Made by a program: the position numbers and the translations under genes
Shown: positions 29,351-38,550 of the stretch, piece after piece
Numbering within the stretch: position 1 is the stretch's first letter
How the letters are laid out: each line of letters opens with the position of its first letter
Notes under the pieces: model-generated
What the model saw: only the letters and a program-made list of their open reading frames with translations
Databases searched by the model: none
Told to the model about the DNA's origin: nothing
Source of the DNA: Vicinamibacteria bacterium
GTDB taxonomy: Bacteria; Acidobacteriota; Vicinamibacteria; Marinacidobacterales; Marinacidobacteraceae
DNA length: 64,000 bases
NCBI GenBank assembly: GCA_963555995.3
Contig: OY821641.1
Span: forward strand, 2,464,001 to 2,528,000
Direction: 5' to 3'

Positions 29351-30313
29351 ATGCGAGCCGTGCGGGCCGCCGGGACGCCTCCCGCGACCGGTCTTGGGCG
29401 CGCCGAGTTGGCGCTCGCGGTCGTCGTCCTCGCGTGGGCGTCCAGCCTCAGCATCGTCAAGTTCGGCGTCGGGCTGGGAGACCCCTACGCGTTCAACCTC
29501 GCGCGCCTTGTCCCGGCCTCCCTCGTCCTGCTCTTCGCGGTGAGCCGGACGCCGGCGCTCCGGAAGTTCGAGTGGCGCGACGCCGGCCGGGTGTTCGTGC
29601 TCGGCGTGGCCGGCCACGTGGTCTTCCAGATCGGGTTCATCCACGGAACGGACGCCTCGTCGGCCACCAGTTCGGCGCTCATCCTCGGCCTCACCCCGGT
29701 CGCCATCGCCGTGCTGGCCTGGGTGACGCGGGTCGAGCCGTTCTGCCAGCACACCGCTCTGGGCCTCGTGCTCACGATGGCGGGGATCGCGTTCGTTTCC
29801 GGGGCGGAGCCGAACCTGGGCGCCCACCTCGGCAACCTCATGCTCTTCGGCGCCATGATCGGCTGGGCCGTCTACACGGTCCGGGGAGCGGCGCTCGTCC
29901 GCAAGTACGGGGCTCTCCGGGTGACCGCCTGGAGTTCGGCGGCCGCCTCGGTCCTGCTGCTCCTTCCGAGTCCCTTCCTGCTGACCCTGGCGGACTTCCG
30001 GCAGGCGCCGGCGGAGTGGTGGTACGCCGCGCTCGTTTCCGGCCTCGCCGCCATCGGCCTCGGGAACCTGCTGTGGGTGTACGCGACCGCCCGGGTGGGT
30101 CCGACCCTCACCGGCATCTATTCGAACGTCCTCCCCATCCCTTCGGTGCTGATCTCCTGGCTGTGGCTCGGAGAGACGCTTCAGGCGGCCAAGATCATCG
30201 GGGCGGTCCTGATCATCGGGGGCATCGCTCTGGCCCGCATCCACCACGCCTGGGGGAGCGACAGCCTGCAAAGGAGGTCACGCGGCATTCGAACGGAGAT
30301 GCATCCCGGCTGA
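29351..30313 (+). CDS. DMT/EamA family transporter
   Basis: Ten TM segments in two repeats, WLWLGETL; last ~17 codons lie inside MITE copy B. Confidence 0.9.
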   Translation: MRAVRAAGTPPATGLGRAELALAVVVLAWASSLSIVKFGVGLGDPYAFNLARLVPASLVLLFAVSRTPALRKFEWRDAGRVFVLGVAGHVVFQIGFIHGTDASSATSSALILGLTPVAIAVLAWVTRVEPFCQHTALGLVLTMAGIAFVSGAEPNLGAHLGNLMLFGAMIGWAVYTVRGAALVRKYGALRVTAWSSAAASVLLLLPSPFLLTLADFRQAPAEWWYAALVSGLAAIGLGNLLWVYATARVGPTLTGIYSNVLPIPSVLISWLWLGETLQAAKIIGAVLIIGGIALARIHHAWGSDSLQRRSRGIRTEMHPG

Positions 30314-30624
30314 ACCACGCCGCTACGCGGCGTTCATCGTTGCGTATCGGTCGGAATACACCCGGTATTCCTCCTTGAACAGCCTGTAGTGAAACTCGCG
30401 CGGCATTCAAACGGCGATGCATCCCGCCTGAACCGCGCCTCTGCGAGGCGCTCTGCGTTGCGTTTCGGTCGGAATACACCCGGTATTCCTCCCTCACGCG
30501 CCTTGTCAGTCGGGCGCCTCGCCGTCCTCGGTGCTCACGCCAGTTCCACCACAGGCCGTTACGCGCCTTGTCAGCCGGGCGCCTCCCCGTTCTCGTTGCT
30601 CGCGTGACCTCCTCCGCAGACTGT
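30261..30624 (+). mobile_element. MITE-like copy B, interrupted by nested copy C
   Basis: TIRs ACAGCCTGCAAAGGAGGTCACGCG / CGCGTGACCTCCTCCGCAGACTGT; 364 bp = 181 + 181 + 2. Confidence 0.8.
30379..30559 (+). mobile_element. MITE-like copy C (181 bp), nested in copy B
   Basis: TIRs ACAGCCTGTAGTGAAACTCGCG / CGCCAGTTCCACCACAGGCCGT, flanks GA and TA. Confidence 0.8.
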
Positions 30625-30718
30625 AAAATTGCCGACCGGGTAACGGCCTGAGCGGCCGCTGACGAAAAGAACCCGACAACCATTCGCGACGGACGCCAGG
30701 TCCGTTCAGGAGACTGGA

Positions 30719-31597
30719 ATGAGCACGGAATTCCGACTGAAGACGGGTCTCGCCGACATGCTGAAGGGCGGCGCGATCATGGACGTCACCAACGCCGAGC
30801 AGGCGCGGATCGCCGAAGACGCCGGCGCGGTGAGCGTGATGGCCCTGGAGCGGGTGCCGGCCGACATCCGCCGGGACGGCGGCGTGGCCCGGATGTCCTC
30901 CCCGGAGAAGATCCGGGAGATCATCGAGTCGGTGAGCATCCCGGTCATGGCCAAGGTGCGCATCGGCCACTTCGTGGAGGCGCAGATCCTTCAGGAAATG
31001 GGCGTGGACTTCGTGGACGAGAGCGAAGTGCTGACCCCGGCCGACGAGGAGAACCACATTGACAAGCACGCGTTCGAAGTGCCCTTCGTGTGCGGCTGCC
31101 GCAACCTCGGCGAGGCCCTCCGCCGGATCGGCGAGGGGGCGGCGCTCATCCGCACCAAGGGCGAGGCCGGCTCCGGAAACATCGTGGAGGCCGTGCGGCA
31201 CCTGCGCCAGATCGGCAACGAACTCCGCCGGCTCACGATCCTGACCGACGACGAACTCATGTCCGCCGCCAAGGAACTCCGCGCTCCTTACGAGATCGTG
31301 CGGATGGTGGCGCGCGACGGACGGCTCCCGGTCCCGAACTTCGCGGCCGGAGGCGTGGCGACGCCGGCCGACGCCGCGCTCTGCATGCAGCTCGGCGCGG
31401 AGTCCGTCTTCGTGGGGTCCGGGATCTTCAAGTCAACGGATCCCGAACTGCGGGCCAAGGCCATCGTGAAAGCGGTAACCCACTACCGCGACCCGGCCAT
31501 GCTGGTCCAGGTCTCCATGGGCCTCGGCGAGCCGATGCGGGGCCTCGACATCGCTACCATGCCGGAGGAAGAGTTGCTGCAGACCCGCGGCAACTAG
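30719..31597 (+). CDS. pdxS: Pyridoxal 5'-phosphate synthase lyase subunit
   Basis: [42 protein letters not shown]. Confidence 0.97.
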   Translation: MSTEFRLKTGLADMLKGGAIMDVTNAEQARIAEDAGAVSVMALERVPADIRRDGGVARMSSPEKIREIIESVSIPVMAKVRIGHFVEAQILQEMGVDFVDESEVLTPADEENHIDKHAFEVPFVCGCRNLGEALRRIGEGAALIRTKGEAGSGNIVEAVRHLRQIGNELRRLTILTDDELMSAAKELRAPYEIVRMVARDGRLPVPNFAAGGVATPADAALCMQLGAESVFVGSGIFKSTDPELRAKAIVKAVTHYRDPAMLVQVSMGLGEPMRGLDIATMPEEELLQTRGN

Positions 31598-31768
31598 TGC
31601 GGTGTCCCACAAATCCTGCGGTATTCGAGCGGCGATGCATCCCGCCTGACCGCTTCGCTCGGCGTTCCGAATCCATCGGAATACACTCGGTATTCCTCTG
31701 GATTCGCGCCTTGTCAGGCAGGCGCCTCGCCGCTCTCGATAACTCACAGGATTTGCGGGACACCACAC
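31597..31768 (+). mobile_element. MITE-like copy D (172 bp) with a different TIR type and an intact TA duplication
   Basis: TA-GTGCGGTGTCCCACAAATCCTG...CAGGATTTGCGGGACACCACAC-TA; same core as copies A-C. Confidence 0.8.
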
Positions 31769-31870
31769 TAAATTCTGCAAGATCCCTCCCGGGTTCGGTG
31801 GATCCCGGGGTCGGCGTCGCTGCCCGCCAGCGTGCGTCAGGGTGACCTGTTTTCCGCGTTCGAGGTGACC

Positions 31871-32548
31871 ATGGGAGCGATTCCCGAAGCGACGACCGCC
31901 GGTGCCCGGCCGGGGTCCGCCCCGTCGCCCTCGCCGCCGCGCATCGGCGTGCTGGCGCTCCAGGGGAGCTTTGCGCTCCACGCCGCCGCCCTGTGCCGGC
32001 TCGGCGTCGAAGCCGTGGAAGTCCGCCGGGCGGCGGCCCTCGGGGGGCTCGACGGGCTGATCATCCCGGGCGGGGAAAGCTCGACCATGCTCAAGTTCCT
32101 CCTCGAGGAGGACCTCTTCGATCCCCTGGTCGCGTTTCACCGGGAGGGGGGCGCGCTCTACGGGACCTGCGCCGGCGCCATCCTGCTGGCCCGCACCGTG
32201 GAGAATCCGGCGCAGGAGTCGCTCGGGCTGCTGGACATCGAGATTCAGCGCAACGGGTACGGCCGCCAGTTGGAGAGCCACCTCGGCGCCTGTTCCTGTG
32301 CCGAACTCGGTGGGCCGGACCTGCCCCTGGTCATGATCCGCGGCCCGGTGATCAGCAAGGTCGGCCCGGGCGTGCGGGTGCTCGCCGAATGGCGCGGACA
32401 GCCGGCCTTCGTCCGCGAGGGAAGGATCCTCGCCACCACCTTCCACCCCGAACTGACGGACGACACCCGCATCCACGCGTATTTCCTGGAACTGGCAGCC
32501 GGTGGTGAAGCCCCCGGGAGCGCCGAGAGCGGGGAGACGCCCCGCTGA
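31871..32548 (+). CDS. pdxT: Pyridoxal 5'-phosphate synthase glutaminase subunit
   Basis: GVLALQG, PGGES, GTCAG, RNGYGRQ, FHPEL; ATG 31871 after GAGGTG. Confidence 0.95.
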   Translation: MGAIPEATTAGARPGSAPSPSPPRIGVLALQGSFALHAAALCRLGVEAVEVRRAAALGGLDGLIIPGGESSTMLKFLLEEDLFDPLVAFHREGGALYGTCAGAILLARTVENPAQESLGLLDIEIQRNGYGRQLESHLGACSCAELGGPDLPLVMIRGPVISKVGPGVRVLAEWRGQPAFVREGRILATTFHPELTDDTRIHAYFLELAAGGEAPGSAESGETPR

Positions 32549-32627
32549 CAAGGCGGTTGAGGGAGGGAAACCGGGTGGTTTCCGACCGAAACGCAACGCC
32601 GAGGGCCGCGCGCGCCGGTCTCGGATG
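32495..32627 (-). mobile_element. MITE-like copy E, truncated at a REP; encodes the pdxT C-terminus and stop
   Basis: GCAGCCGGTGGTGAAGCCC...CTGACAAGGCG...CCGACCGAAACGCAACGC is the reverse complement of the right part of copy A. Confidence 0.75.
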
Positions 32628-32629
32628 GC

Positions 32630-32688
32630 GTTGCGACGTGCGCGGCGCGGAGCGCCACGCGTGCCGGTCTGGAGACCGGCGTTCCAAG
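32630..32688 (+). repeat. REP family A copy (first unit of the array split by IS21)
   Basis: 59-bp consensus match. Confidence 0.9.
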
Positions 32689-32830
32689 CCGGTGCGTCAC
32701 CTCCGTGTCAAGCGACACCTAGTTTGGCCCAGATAAACGACACCTACTTTGTCACCCTGGAGAGCCTGTTTCGGCGGGGAAGGAGGGACGTTGGGGAGCG
32801 CGGCGGGAGCCCGGAGGGCGACCAGAGCGC

Positions 32831-33688
32831 TCACCGACGTCCCTCCTTCCCCGCCGGCGCCGCGGCGGGGGATGAGGCCGCCTCTTCCGGGAGGAGGAAG
32901 GATCGAGCGATCGTCTCCTGGCGCTCCCGGAAGCTCTGCTCCAGATCCCGCAGCCGATAGCTGCGGCCACGGATGTCGAGGACCACGCAGCGGTGCAGGA
33001 ACCGGTCCAGGATCGCGCTCGCCAGCACCGCGTCCCCCGCCAGCACCTCCGGCCATTCCCGGATCGCCTTGTTCGTCGTGACCAGCACGCTCCCCCGCTC
33101 ATGCCGGTCGTTGATCAACCGGAACAGTTGACTCGCTTCCTTCGCGTCCAGGGCTTCGTAGCCCATCTCGTCGATGATCAACAGCGACGCCGACAGATAC
33201 CGCCGGTTCCCCCGTGGCGTCGTCGACCCCTCATGCCGCTTCAGGGTCCGCAGCAACTCGTCCAGCCGGTAGAACGCCACCCGGAACCCGTTCTCCAGCG
33301 CCCGCATCCCCAGACCCGCCGCCAGGTGCGTCTTCCCCACCCCCGGCGGGCCCTGCAGCAGAACGTTCTGCCGCTCCCGGATCCAACCGCAGGTGCCCAA
33401 CAGTTCCACCCGCGTCCGGTCCAGCGTCGGCTGGAAGCCGAAGTCGAAGTTCCCCAGGGTCCGTCCCAGAGGCAACCCCGCCATCCGCAGCCCCATCTCC
33501 AGCCGCCGCTGCCGGCGGAACTCCCTCTCCGTCTCCAGGACCCGAACCAACAGGCGATGCGCCGGCAGCTCCTCCCGCGCACACTCGGTCAGCAACTCGG
33601 ACAACCGAGCCGATGCCTCCCGCATCCCGAGCTCTCCCAGGATCCGCCGCGTCCGGTCCAGGTCCAGGTCCACATCCATACTCACCAT
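32831..33688 (-). CDS. istB: IS21 ATP-binding helper protein
   Basis: FDFGFQP, GPPGVGKTHLA, LLIIDEMGY, TTNK, ILDRFLH, GRSYR; overlaps the istA stop. Confidence 0.95.
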   Translation of the reverse strand: MVSMDVDLDLDRTRRILGELGMREASARLSELLTECAREELPAHRLLVRVLETEREFRRQRRLEMGLRMAGLPLGRTLGNFDFGFQPTLDRTRVELLGTCGWIRERQNVLLQGPPGVGKTHLAAGLGMRALENGFRVAFYRLDELLRTLKRHEGSTTPRGNRRYLSASLLIIDEMGYEALDAKEASQLFRLINDRHERGSVLVTTNKAIREWPEVLAGDAVLASAILDRFLHRCVVLDIRGRSYRLRDLEQSFRERQETIARSFLLPEEAASSPAAAPAGKEGRR

Positions 33689-34935
33689 CGCGCTACCTCC
33701 GCCAGCGCCGCATACAGATCCAGGGGACGTTCCTCCGGAGCCATCGCCCCGATCTCCTCCAGCCGACGCCCCATCCGCCCCAGCGGCGCCGGCGCGATCA
33801 CCCGACCCGTCGAAGCCCCCTCGTAATGCGACAAGTCGCGCACAAGCAAGGAGTTGCCCTCTCGGGGATGCTCCGCCACCACCTCCCCGCGATCCAACAC
33901 CTGCACCCGGCGCGCGCACCGGCGCACCTCCACCCGGGTCCCCACCAGACGGAACGGCACCGACCAGCTCCGGCTGTCGAACGCCACCGTGCAGTCCTTC
34001 CGCACCGGCCGCAGCCCCACCAGGTCGAACGGCTCCGGCAACCCCGTGCAGTCCCCCAAATACCCCTGCTCCTCCTCCCAACTCTCCAACACCCCGCGCC
34101 CCGTCGCCGGGCTCGTCCGGCGCGACTCCCACTCCAGCAACCGAGCGTCCGTCCACGCCTGCAACTCCTCCAGGCTCGACCACTCGCTCGTCGGCCCCGG
34201 ACCCCAACCCCGCAGGTCCAGGATCCCTCGCTCCACCTTCCCCTTCGCCTCCGGAGACCGCGGCGGACAGGGATCGATGTGAAACCGCGCCTCCTCCGCA
34301 TACCGCAAATAGGCCCGGTTCACCTCCCCCCAGACCCCCGCGCCGCGCACTATCGCCGTCTTCACGTTGTCCATCCGTACCGTCGCCGTCACCCCCTTCA
34401 GACGCACAAACGCCTGCCCGTGAACCCACAACCACGACAGCGTGTCCTTCAACGGGGACCACACCACCGCGCTCTTCCGCGAAAAGCTCAACCGCAGCGC
34501 AAACGCACTTACCCCCCGCCGGCCTCCAACCAGCATCCCCGGCGCCTCCGCCCAGTCCGCCTGCGCCTGCGCCCCCGGCGGCGTCTCCACCCGACGCCGC
34601 GCCCGTACCCGGCCCGGACCCAACCGACGACGCAGATACCGCTGCACCGACCGCAGGCTCCCCACATACCCGTGCTCCGCCACCAAATGCTCGTGCAGCG
34701 CCGTCGCGTTCAAGGGCTGACCCCCCGCAAAGTCCGCGCACCACTCCCGGATCTCCTCCCCAAGCCTCGAAGCGCGCTCAACCTTCCCGCGACCGTCGCG
34801 CCTACCCTCCTCGCGACCCAGCTCGTAGCGAACCTGACGCTCGCTCACCCGCGCCGCCCGCGCGATCTCACGCCGGGAACAACCACGCTCCGAAAGCGCC
34901 CTGATCGTCATCCGAAGCTCCTTGCTGAGTGCCAT
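33682..34935 (-). CDS. istA: IS21 transposase
   Basis: N-terminal HTH, ETPPGAQAQADW, MDNVKT, KGKVER (DDE). Confidence 0.95.
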   Translation of the reverse strand: MALSKELRMTIRALSERGCSRREIARAARVSERQVRYELGREEGRRDGRGKVERASRLGEEIREWCADFAGGQPLNATALHEHLVAEHGYVGSLRSVQRYLRRRLGPGRVRARRRVETPPGAQAQADWAEAPGMLVGGRRGVSAFALRLSFSRKSAVVWSPLKDTLSWLWVHGQAFVRLKGVTATVRMDNVKTAIVRGAGVWGEVNRAYLRYAEEARFHIDPCPPRSPEAKGKVERGILDLRGWGPGPTSEWSSLEELQAWTDARLLEWESRRTSPATGRGVLESWEEEQGYLGDCTGLPEPFDLVGLRPVRKDCTVAFDSRSWSVPFRLVGTRVEVRRCARRVQVLDRGEVVAEHPREGNSLLVRDLSHYEGASTGRVIAPAPLGRMGRRLEEIGAMAPEERPLDLYAALAEVARW

Positions 34936-35034
34936 GGCGGTCCCCCTGAAGCGAGAACCGAAGCCTCAGCCAACGACGCAAACAGGTGACAAAGTTCGTG
35001 TCGTTTAAGCCCGATCTTTACCTGTCGTTTGACA

Positions 35035-35260
35035 CTCCGCTCTTGAGCCGCGCCGCGTTGGGCGCCGACCTTCCCGCGTGACCTTGCGACGTGCGCGGCG
35101 CGGAGCGCCACGCGTGCCGGTCTGGAGACCGGTGTTCCAAGCCGGTGCGTCACCTCCGCTCTTGAGCCGCGCCGCGTTGGGCGCCGACCTTCCCGCGTGA
35201 CCTTGCGACGTGCGCGGCGCGGAGCGCCACGCGTGCCGGTCTGGAGACCGGCGTTCCAAG
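35035..35260 (+). repeat. Tandem 119-bp BIME-like units, each with a REP family A copy (35083-35141, 35202-35260)
   Basis: Near-identical direct repeats with period 119 bp. Confidence 0.9.
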
Positions 35261-35303
35261 AAAAAAGCGCCCCGGGCCTTGCGGGAGCAGGACCCGGGGC
35301 GCT
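35261..35303 (-). terminator. Rho-independent terminator of pal
   Basis: AGCGCCCCGGG...CCCGGGGCGCT stem followed by a T run on the minus strand, 16 bp after the pal stop. Confidence 0.8.
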
Positions 35304-35319
35304 CCGTGGAGCGGAAGTG

Positions 35320-35886
35320 TTACTTCGCGGTGATCTTGAAGTGGGCGCGACGGTTCCGCTGCCAGCAGTCCTCGTCGCTCTCGGTGCACTGCGGGCGCTC
35401 CTTCCCGTAGCTGATCATTTCGAGCCGGCTGTCCGGGACCCCGAGCGATACGAGGTAGTCGTAGGCGGCGCGAGCCCGGCGCTCACCGAGCGCCTGGTTG
35501 TACTCGACGGTGCCGCGCTCGTCGCAGTGTCCTTCGATCTGGATCGTCGCGGAGACGTAGGGCCGCTGCAGCCAGGCTGAGTTGGCCTGGAGCGCGCTCC
35601 GGGAGGCATCGGTCAACTCGGACTCGTCGTACGCGAAGTAGACGTCCGAGAGGTTCTGCTGCAACTCCATCATGTCCGTGTCCAGATAGATGTCCCGCTC
35701 CGTCGGAGGCGGTGGCGGCGGCGGCGGCGGTGGCGGCGGTGGCGGTGGCGGCGGCGGCGGCGGCGGTGGCGGCTCCTCGGGTGGCGGCGGCGGCGGTGGC
35801 GGCGGCTTGGAGCACGCCGAGACAGCGAACCCGAGAGCGACCGTCGCGAGAGACAGCAACAGCAGGGTGGCGATGGCTTTTCTCAC
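35320..35886 (-). CDS. pal: Peptidoglycan-associated lipoprotein (Pal/OmpA-C) with polyproline linker
   Basis: GTG after GGAGG, lipobox VSAC, P9-EE-P23, VYFAYD, IEGHCDERGTVEYNQALGERRA, SYGKERP, NRRA. Confidence 0.92.
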   Translation of the reverse strand: MRKAIATLLLLSLATVALGFAVSACSKPPPPPPPPPEEPPPPPPPPPPPPPPPPPPPPPPPTERDIYLDTDMMELQQNLSDVYFAYDESELTDASRSALQANSAWLQRPYVSATIQIEGHCDERGTVEYNQALGERRARAAYDYLVSLGVPDSRLEMISYGKERPQCTESDEDCWQRNRRAHFKITAK

Positions 35887-36014
35887 AAGGAAACCTCCGG
35901 GGACAGCGAATGAAATAGCCTTCAAGAGGCTATCGGATCGTTCTCACCGAAGTCAACGACATACCGGCGAGTTCCGGTGCCGTTGCGGCGTCTCCAGATC
36001 CCGGAAAACCCGAA

Positions 36015-36773
36015 TCAGCCCCCGGTTTCCTCGAGGATCCGAAGCGCCGCCGACCGGGGATCCGCGTCCCTCGTGATGGCCCGGCCGACGACGAGGTAGT
36101 TCGCCCCCCGCCGCGCCGCTTCGCCGGGAGTCGCGACCCGCCGCTGATCGTGCGTATCCGCCGCCCAGCGGGGCCGGACCCCCGGCACGAGCAGCACGAA
36201 ACCGTCGCCGAGAGCGTCCCGGAGCGCCGCGGCTTCGGCGGCGGAGGCGACCACGCCCCCCAGCCCGGCGGTCCGGGCGAGCCGCGCGAGGTTCAGGACC
36301 TGGTCCTCGACGGACACCCCGGGATACACCTCGGCGGCGCTCTCCGGGTCGAAGTGGGTCAGGACCGTGACCCCGAGCAGAAGCGGCGGCGCCGGAGCGG
36401 ACGAGGCCGCCCGGGCCGCCGCCTCCAGCATCGGCCGCCCTCCGGAGGCGTGGACATCGAGAATGCTCGCCCCCAGGGATGCCGAGGCCCGCACCGCACC
36501 GGCCACCGTGGCCGGGATGTCGTGGAACTTCAGGTCGAGGAACACGCGCCCCACCGAGGAGAACTCGGAAACGGCGCGCGGGCCCGCCGCCGTGAAGAGC
36601 TCCTTGCCCACCTTGTAGAACGAGGCCGCGCCGGCCAGGGTGTCCCGGAGCCGGAGCGCCTCGTCGAGGGACGGGGTATCCACGGCGACCACCAGTTCGC
36701 CGGCCCCGGGCCCCGCCACCCAGTCGGGGCGCGGCGGAGGCGCCGGACCGGAACGGACCGGGGGCATCGTCAC
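36015..36773 (-). CDS. pyrF: Orotidine 5'-phosphate decarboxylase
   Basis: VAVD, YKVG, FLDLKFHDIPATV, VPGVRP, VVGRAIT; GTGA overlap with pyrD. Confidence 0.95.
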   Translation of the reverse strand: MTMPPVRSGPAPPPRPDWVAGPGAGELVVAVDTPSLDEALRLRDTLAGAASFYKVGKELFTAAGPRAVSEFSSVGRVFLDLKFHDIPATVAGAVRASASLGASILDVHASGGRPMLEAAARAASSAPAPPLLLGVTVLTHFDPESAAEVYPGVSVEDQVLNLARLARTAGLGGVVASAAEAAALRDALGDGFVLLVPGVRPRWAADTHDQRRVATPGEAARRGANYLVVGRAITRDADPRSAALRILEETGG

Positions 36774-37714
36774 CCGGCCGTTCCGGGCCGCATGGCCCCG
36801 GTCAGGTCGCGCAGCGCGGCGACCTCGTGCCGGCGGCAGTACGCAGCCAGCCCGTCGAAGGTGCGCCGCCAGACGCCGGGGTCCACGAAGTTCATGGTGC
36901 CGATCTGGACCGCCGCGGCCCCGACGAGCAGGAATTCGAGGGCGTCTTCGGCGCTCGCGATCCCACCCATTCCGATGACCGGAAGCCGGCTTCCCCGCGC
37001 GACCTCCCACACCATGCGCACCGCGATGGGGCGGACCGCCGGCCCCGACAGTCCGCCGACGACGTTCGCGAGGCGCGGGCGCCGCGTCTCCACGTCCACC
37101 GCCATCGCGGGGATGGTGTTGATGAGGGACACCGCGTCGGCGCCCGCCTCCGCGACCCGCCGGGCCACGGCGGCCATGTCGCTGGCGCTCGGGCTGAGCT
37201 TCGGAATCACCGGCAGCCTCGTGCCCCGGCGCACCACCTCGGTGGCCCGCGCCGCCATGTCCGGATCGCAGCCGAACTCGATCCCGCCTTCCGCGACGTT
37301 CGGGCAGGAGATGTTCACCTCGATGGCGGACACCCCTTCCGCCTGGTCGAGGACCTTCGACAGCTCGCCGTATTCCTCGAGCGAACTCCCGCAGATGTTG
37401 GCGATGACGATCTTCCCGAGCGCCCGGACGGCCGGGAGCTTCTCGGCGAGGAAGCGCCGGATACCGACCTCCTGGAGGCCGATGGCGTTCAGCATGCCGG
37501 ACGGGGTCTCCCAGATTCGCGGCGGCGGGCACCCCGCTCGGGGCTCGAGGTAGAGGCCCTTGACCGAGATCGCGCCGATGCAGTCGTAGTCCGCCACCTG
37601 CCGGTACTCGTCGCCGTAGCCGAAAGTGCCGCTGGCGGCGATCAGGGGGGTGGGCAGCCGCAGCCCGGCCACATCCACGCCCATGTCCACGGTCGTGGCG
37701 CCTGGCTCGGACAT
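36770..37714 (-). CDS. pyrD: Dihydroorotate dehydrogenase family 1B catalytic subunit
   Basis: ASGTFGYG, MLNAIGL, NISCPN, KLSP, INT, GGLSGP; TGATG overlap with pyrK. Confidence 0.95.
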   Translation of the reverse strand: MSEPGATTVDMGVDVAGLRLPTPLIAASGTFGYGDEYRQVADYDCIGAISVKGLYLEPRAGCPPPRIWETPSGMLNAIGLQEVGIRRFLAEKLPAVRALGKIVIANICGSSLEEYGELSKVLDQAEGVSAIEVNISCPNVAEGGIEFGCDPDMAARATEVVRRGTRLPVIPKLSPSASDMAAVARRVAEAGADAVSLINTIPAMAVDVETRRPRLANVVGGLSGPAVRPIAVRMVWEVARGSRLPVIGMGGIASAEDALEFLLVGAAAVQIGTMNFVDPGVWRRTFDGLAAYCRRHEVAALRDLTGAMRPGTAG

Positions 37715-38550
37715 CAGAGCGGATGGGGGTCGCGGTCCCAGGCGATCGTTGCGGCGTCGAAGACCGGCCCCTCGGTGCAACTCCGCAGGTACTCCTCCGG
37801 GCCGCCGGACGGGGGCCGCGCCCAGACGACGCAGCCGAGGCAGCATCCCATGCCGCACCCCATCCGGCGCTCGATCGAGACCTGGTGGGGAACGCCGGCG
37901 GCGGTCGCGAGCTCCGCCACTTTCAGCAGCATGCCCGTCGGCCCGCACGAGTAGAGAACCGGCCGGACCGTGTCCGCCAGCGCGGCGTCGAGCAGCGCGG
38001 TGACGAATCCGTGGTGGCCCGCGCTGCCGTCCTCGCTGGCCACCCGCACGTCCATCCCGAAACGCTCGAAGGTGTCCCACAGGTAGAGGTCGGGCCGGCG
38101 CCTGCCACCGAGCAGCACGATGCCCCGGCGCCCGCTCTCCGCCAGCCGGCGGCAGAAGAGCACGAAGGGCGCGATCCCCACGCCGCCGGCGACGATCACC
38201 GGCGTCCGGTCCGGAGGCGGCAGGTCGAAGGTGGTCCCCAGCGGGCCCAGACTGGACACCTCCCCGCCGACGGGCAGGTTCATGAGGGCCCGGGTCCCCA
38301 CCCCGACCTCCTTGACCAGCAGGGTGAAGGCGCCGTCATCCGGCAGGTCGCAGAACGAATACGGCCGCCGCAGCAGGCCGCCCCCGTCCACCCGGACCAT
38401 GGTGAACTGGCCCGGCAGGACCCGAAGCGGCGCCTCGCTCTCGAAACGGAGCAACTGGGCGTCCGGCGAGAGCTGGTCCCGGGCCACGAGCGTCGCCCCC
38501 CGGTCCGCCCGGGGGGGACCCGGCCCGCCGACCGCTTCGCTAAGCGTCAC
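37714..38550 (-). CDS. pyrK: Dihydroorotate dehydrogenase electron transfer subunit
   Basis: PGQF, RRPYS, GGVGIAP, CGP, MGCGMGCCLGC...C 2Fe-2S motif. Confidence 0.93.
   Translation of the reverse strand: MTLSEAVGGPGPPRADRGATLVARDQLSPDAQLLRFESEAPLRVLPGQFTMVRVDGGGLLRRPYSFCDLPDDGAFTLLVKEVGVGTRALMNLPVGGEVSSLGPLGTTFDLPPPDRTPVIVAGGVGIAPFVLFCRRLAESGRRGIVLLGGRRRPDLYLWDTFERFGMDVRVASEDGSAGHHGFVTALLDAALADTVRPVLYSCGPTGMLLKVAELATAAGVPHQVSIERRMGCGMGCCLGCVVWARPPSGGPEEYLRSCTEGPVFDAATIAWDRDPHPL

Larger units (their letters stand above)
32706..35034 (-). mobile_element. Complete IS21-family insertion sequence (2329 bp)
   Basis: TGTCAA...TTGACA ends, ~50-bp imperfect IRs with repeated CGACA(C) motifs, 5-bp direct repeat CTCCG at 32701-32705 and 35035-35039, istA-istB inside. 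Confidence 0.95.

Noticed and set aside
32630-35260. Regularly spaced palindromic repeats as a CRISPR array
   Set aside because: Repeats are 59 bp, spacers are identical rather than unique, copies are dispersed, and there are no cas genes
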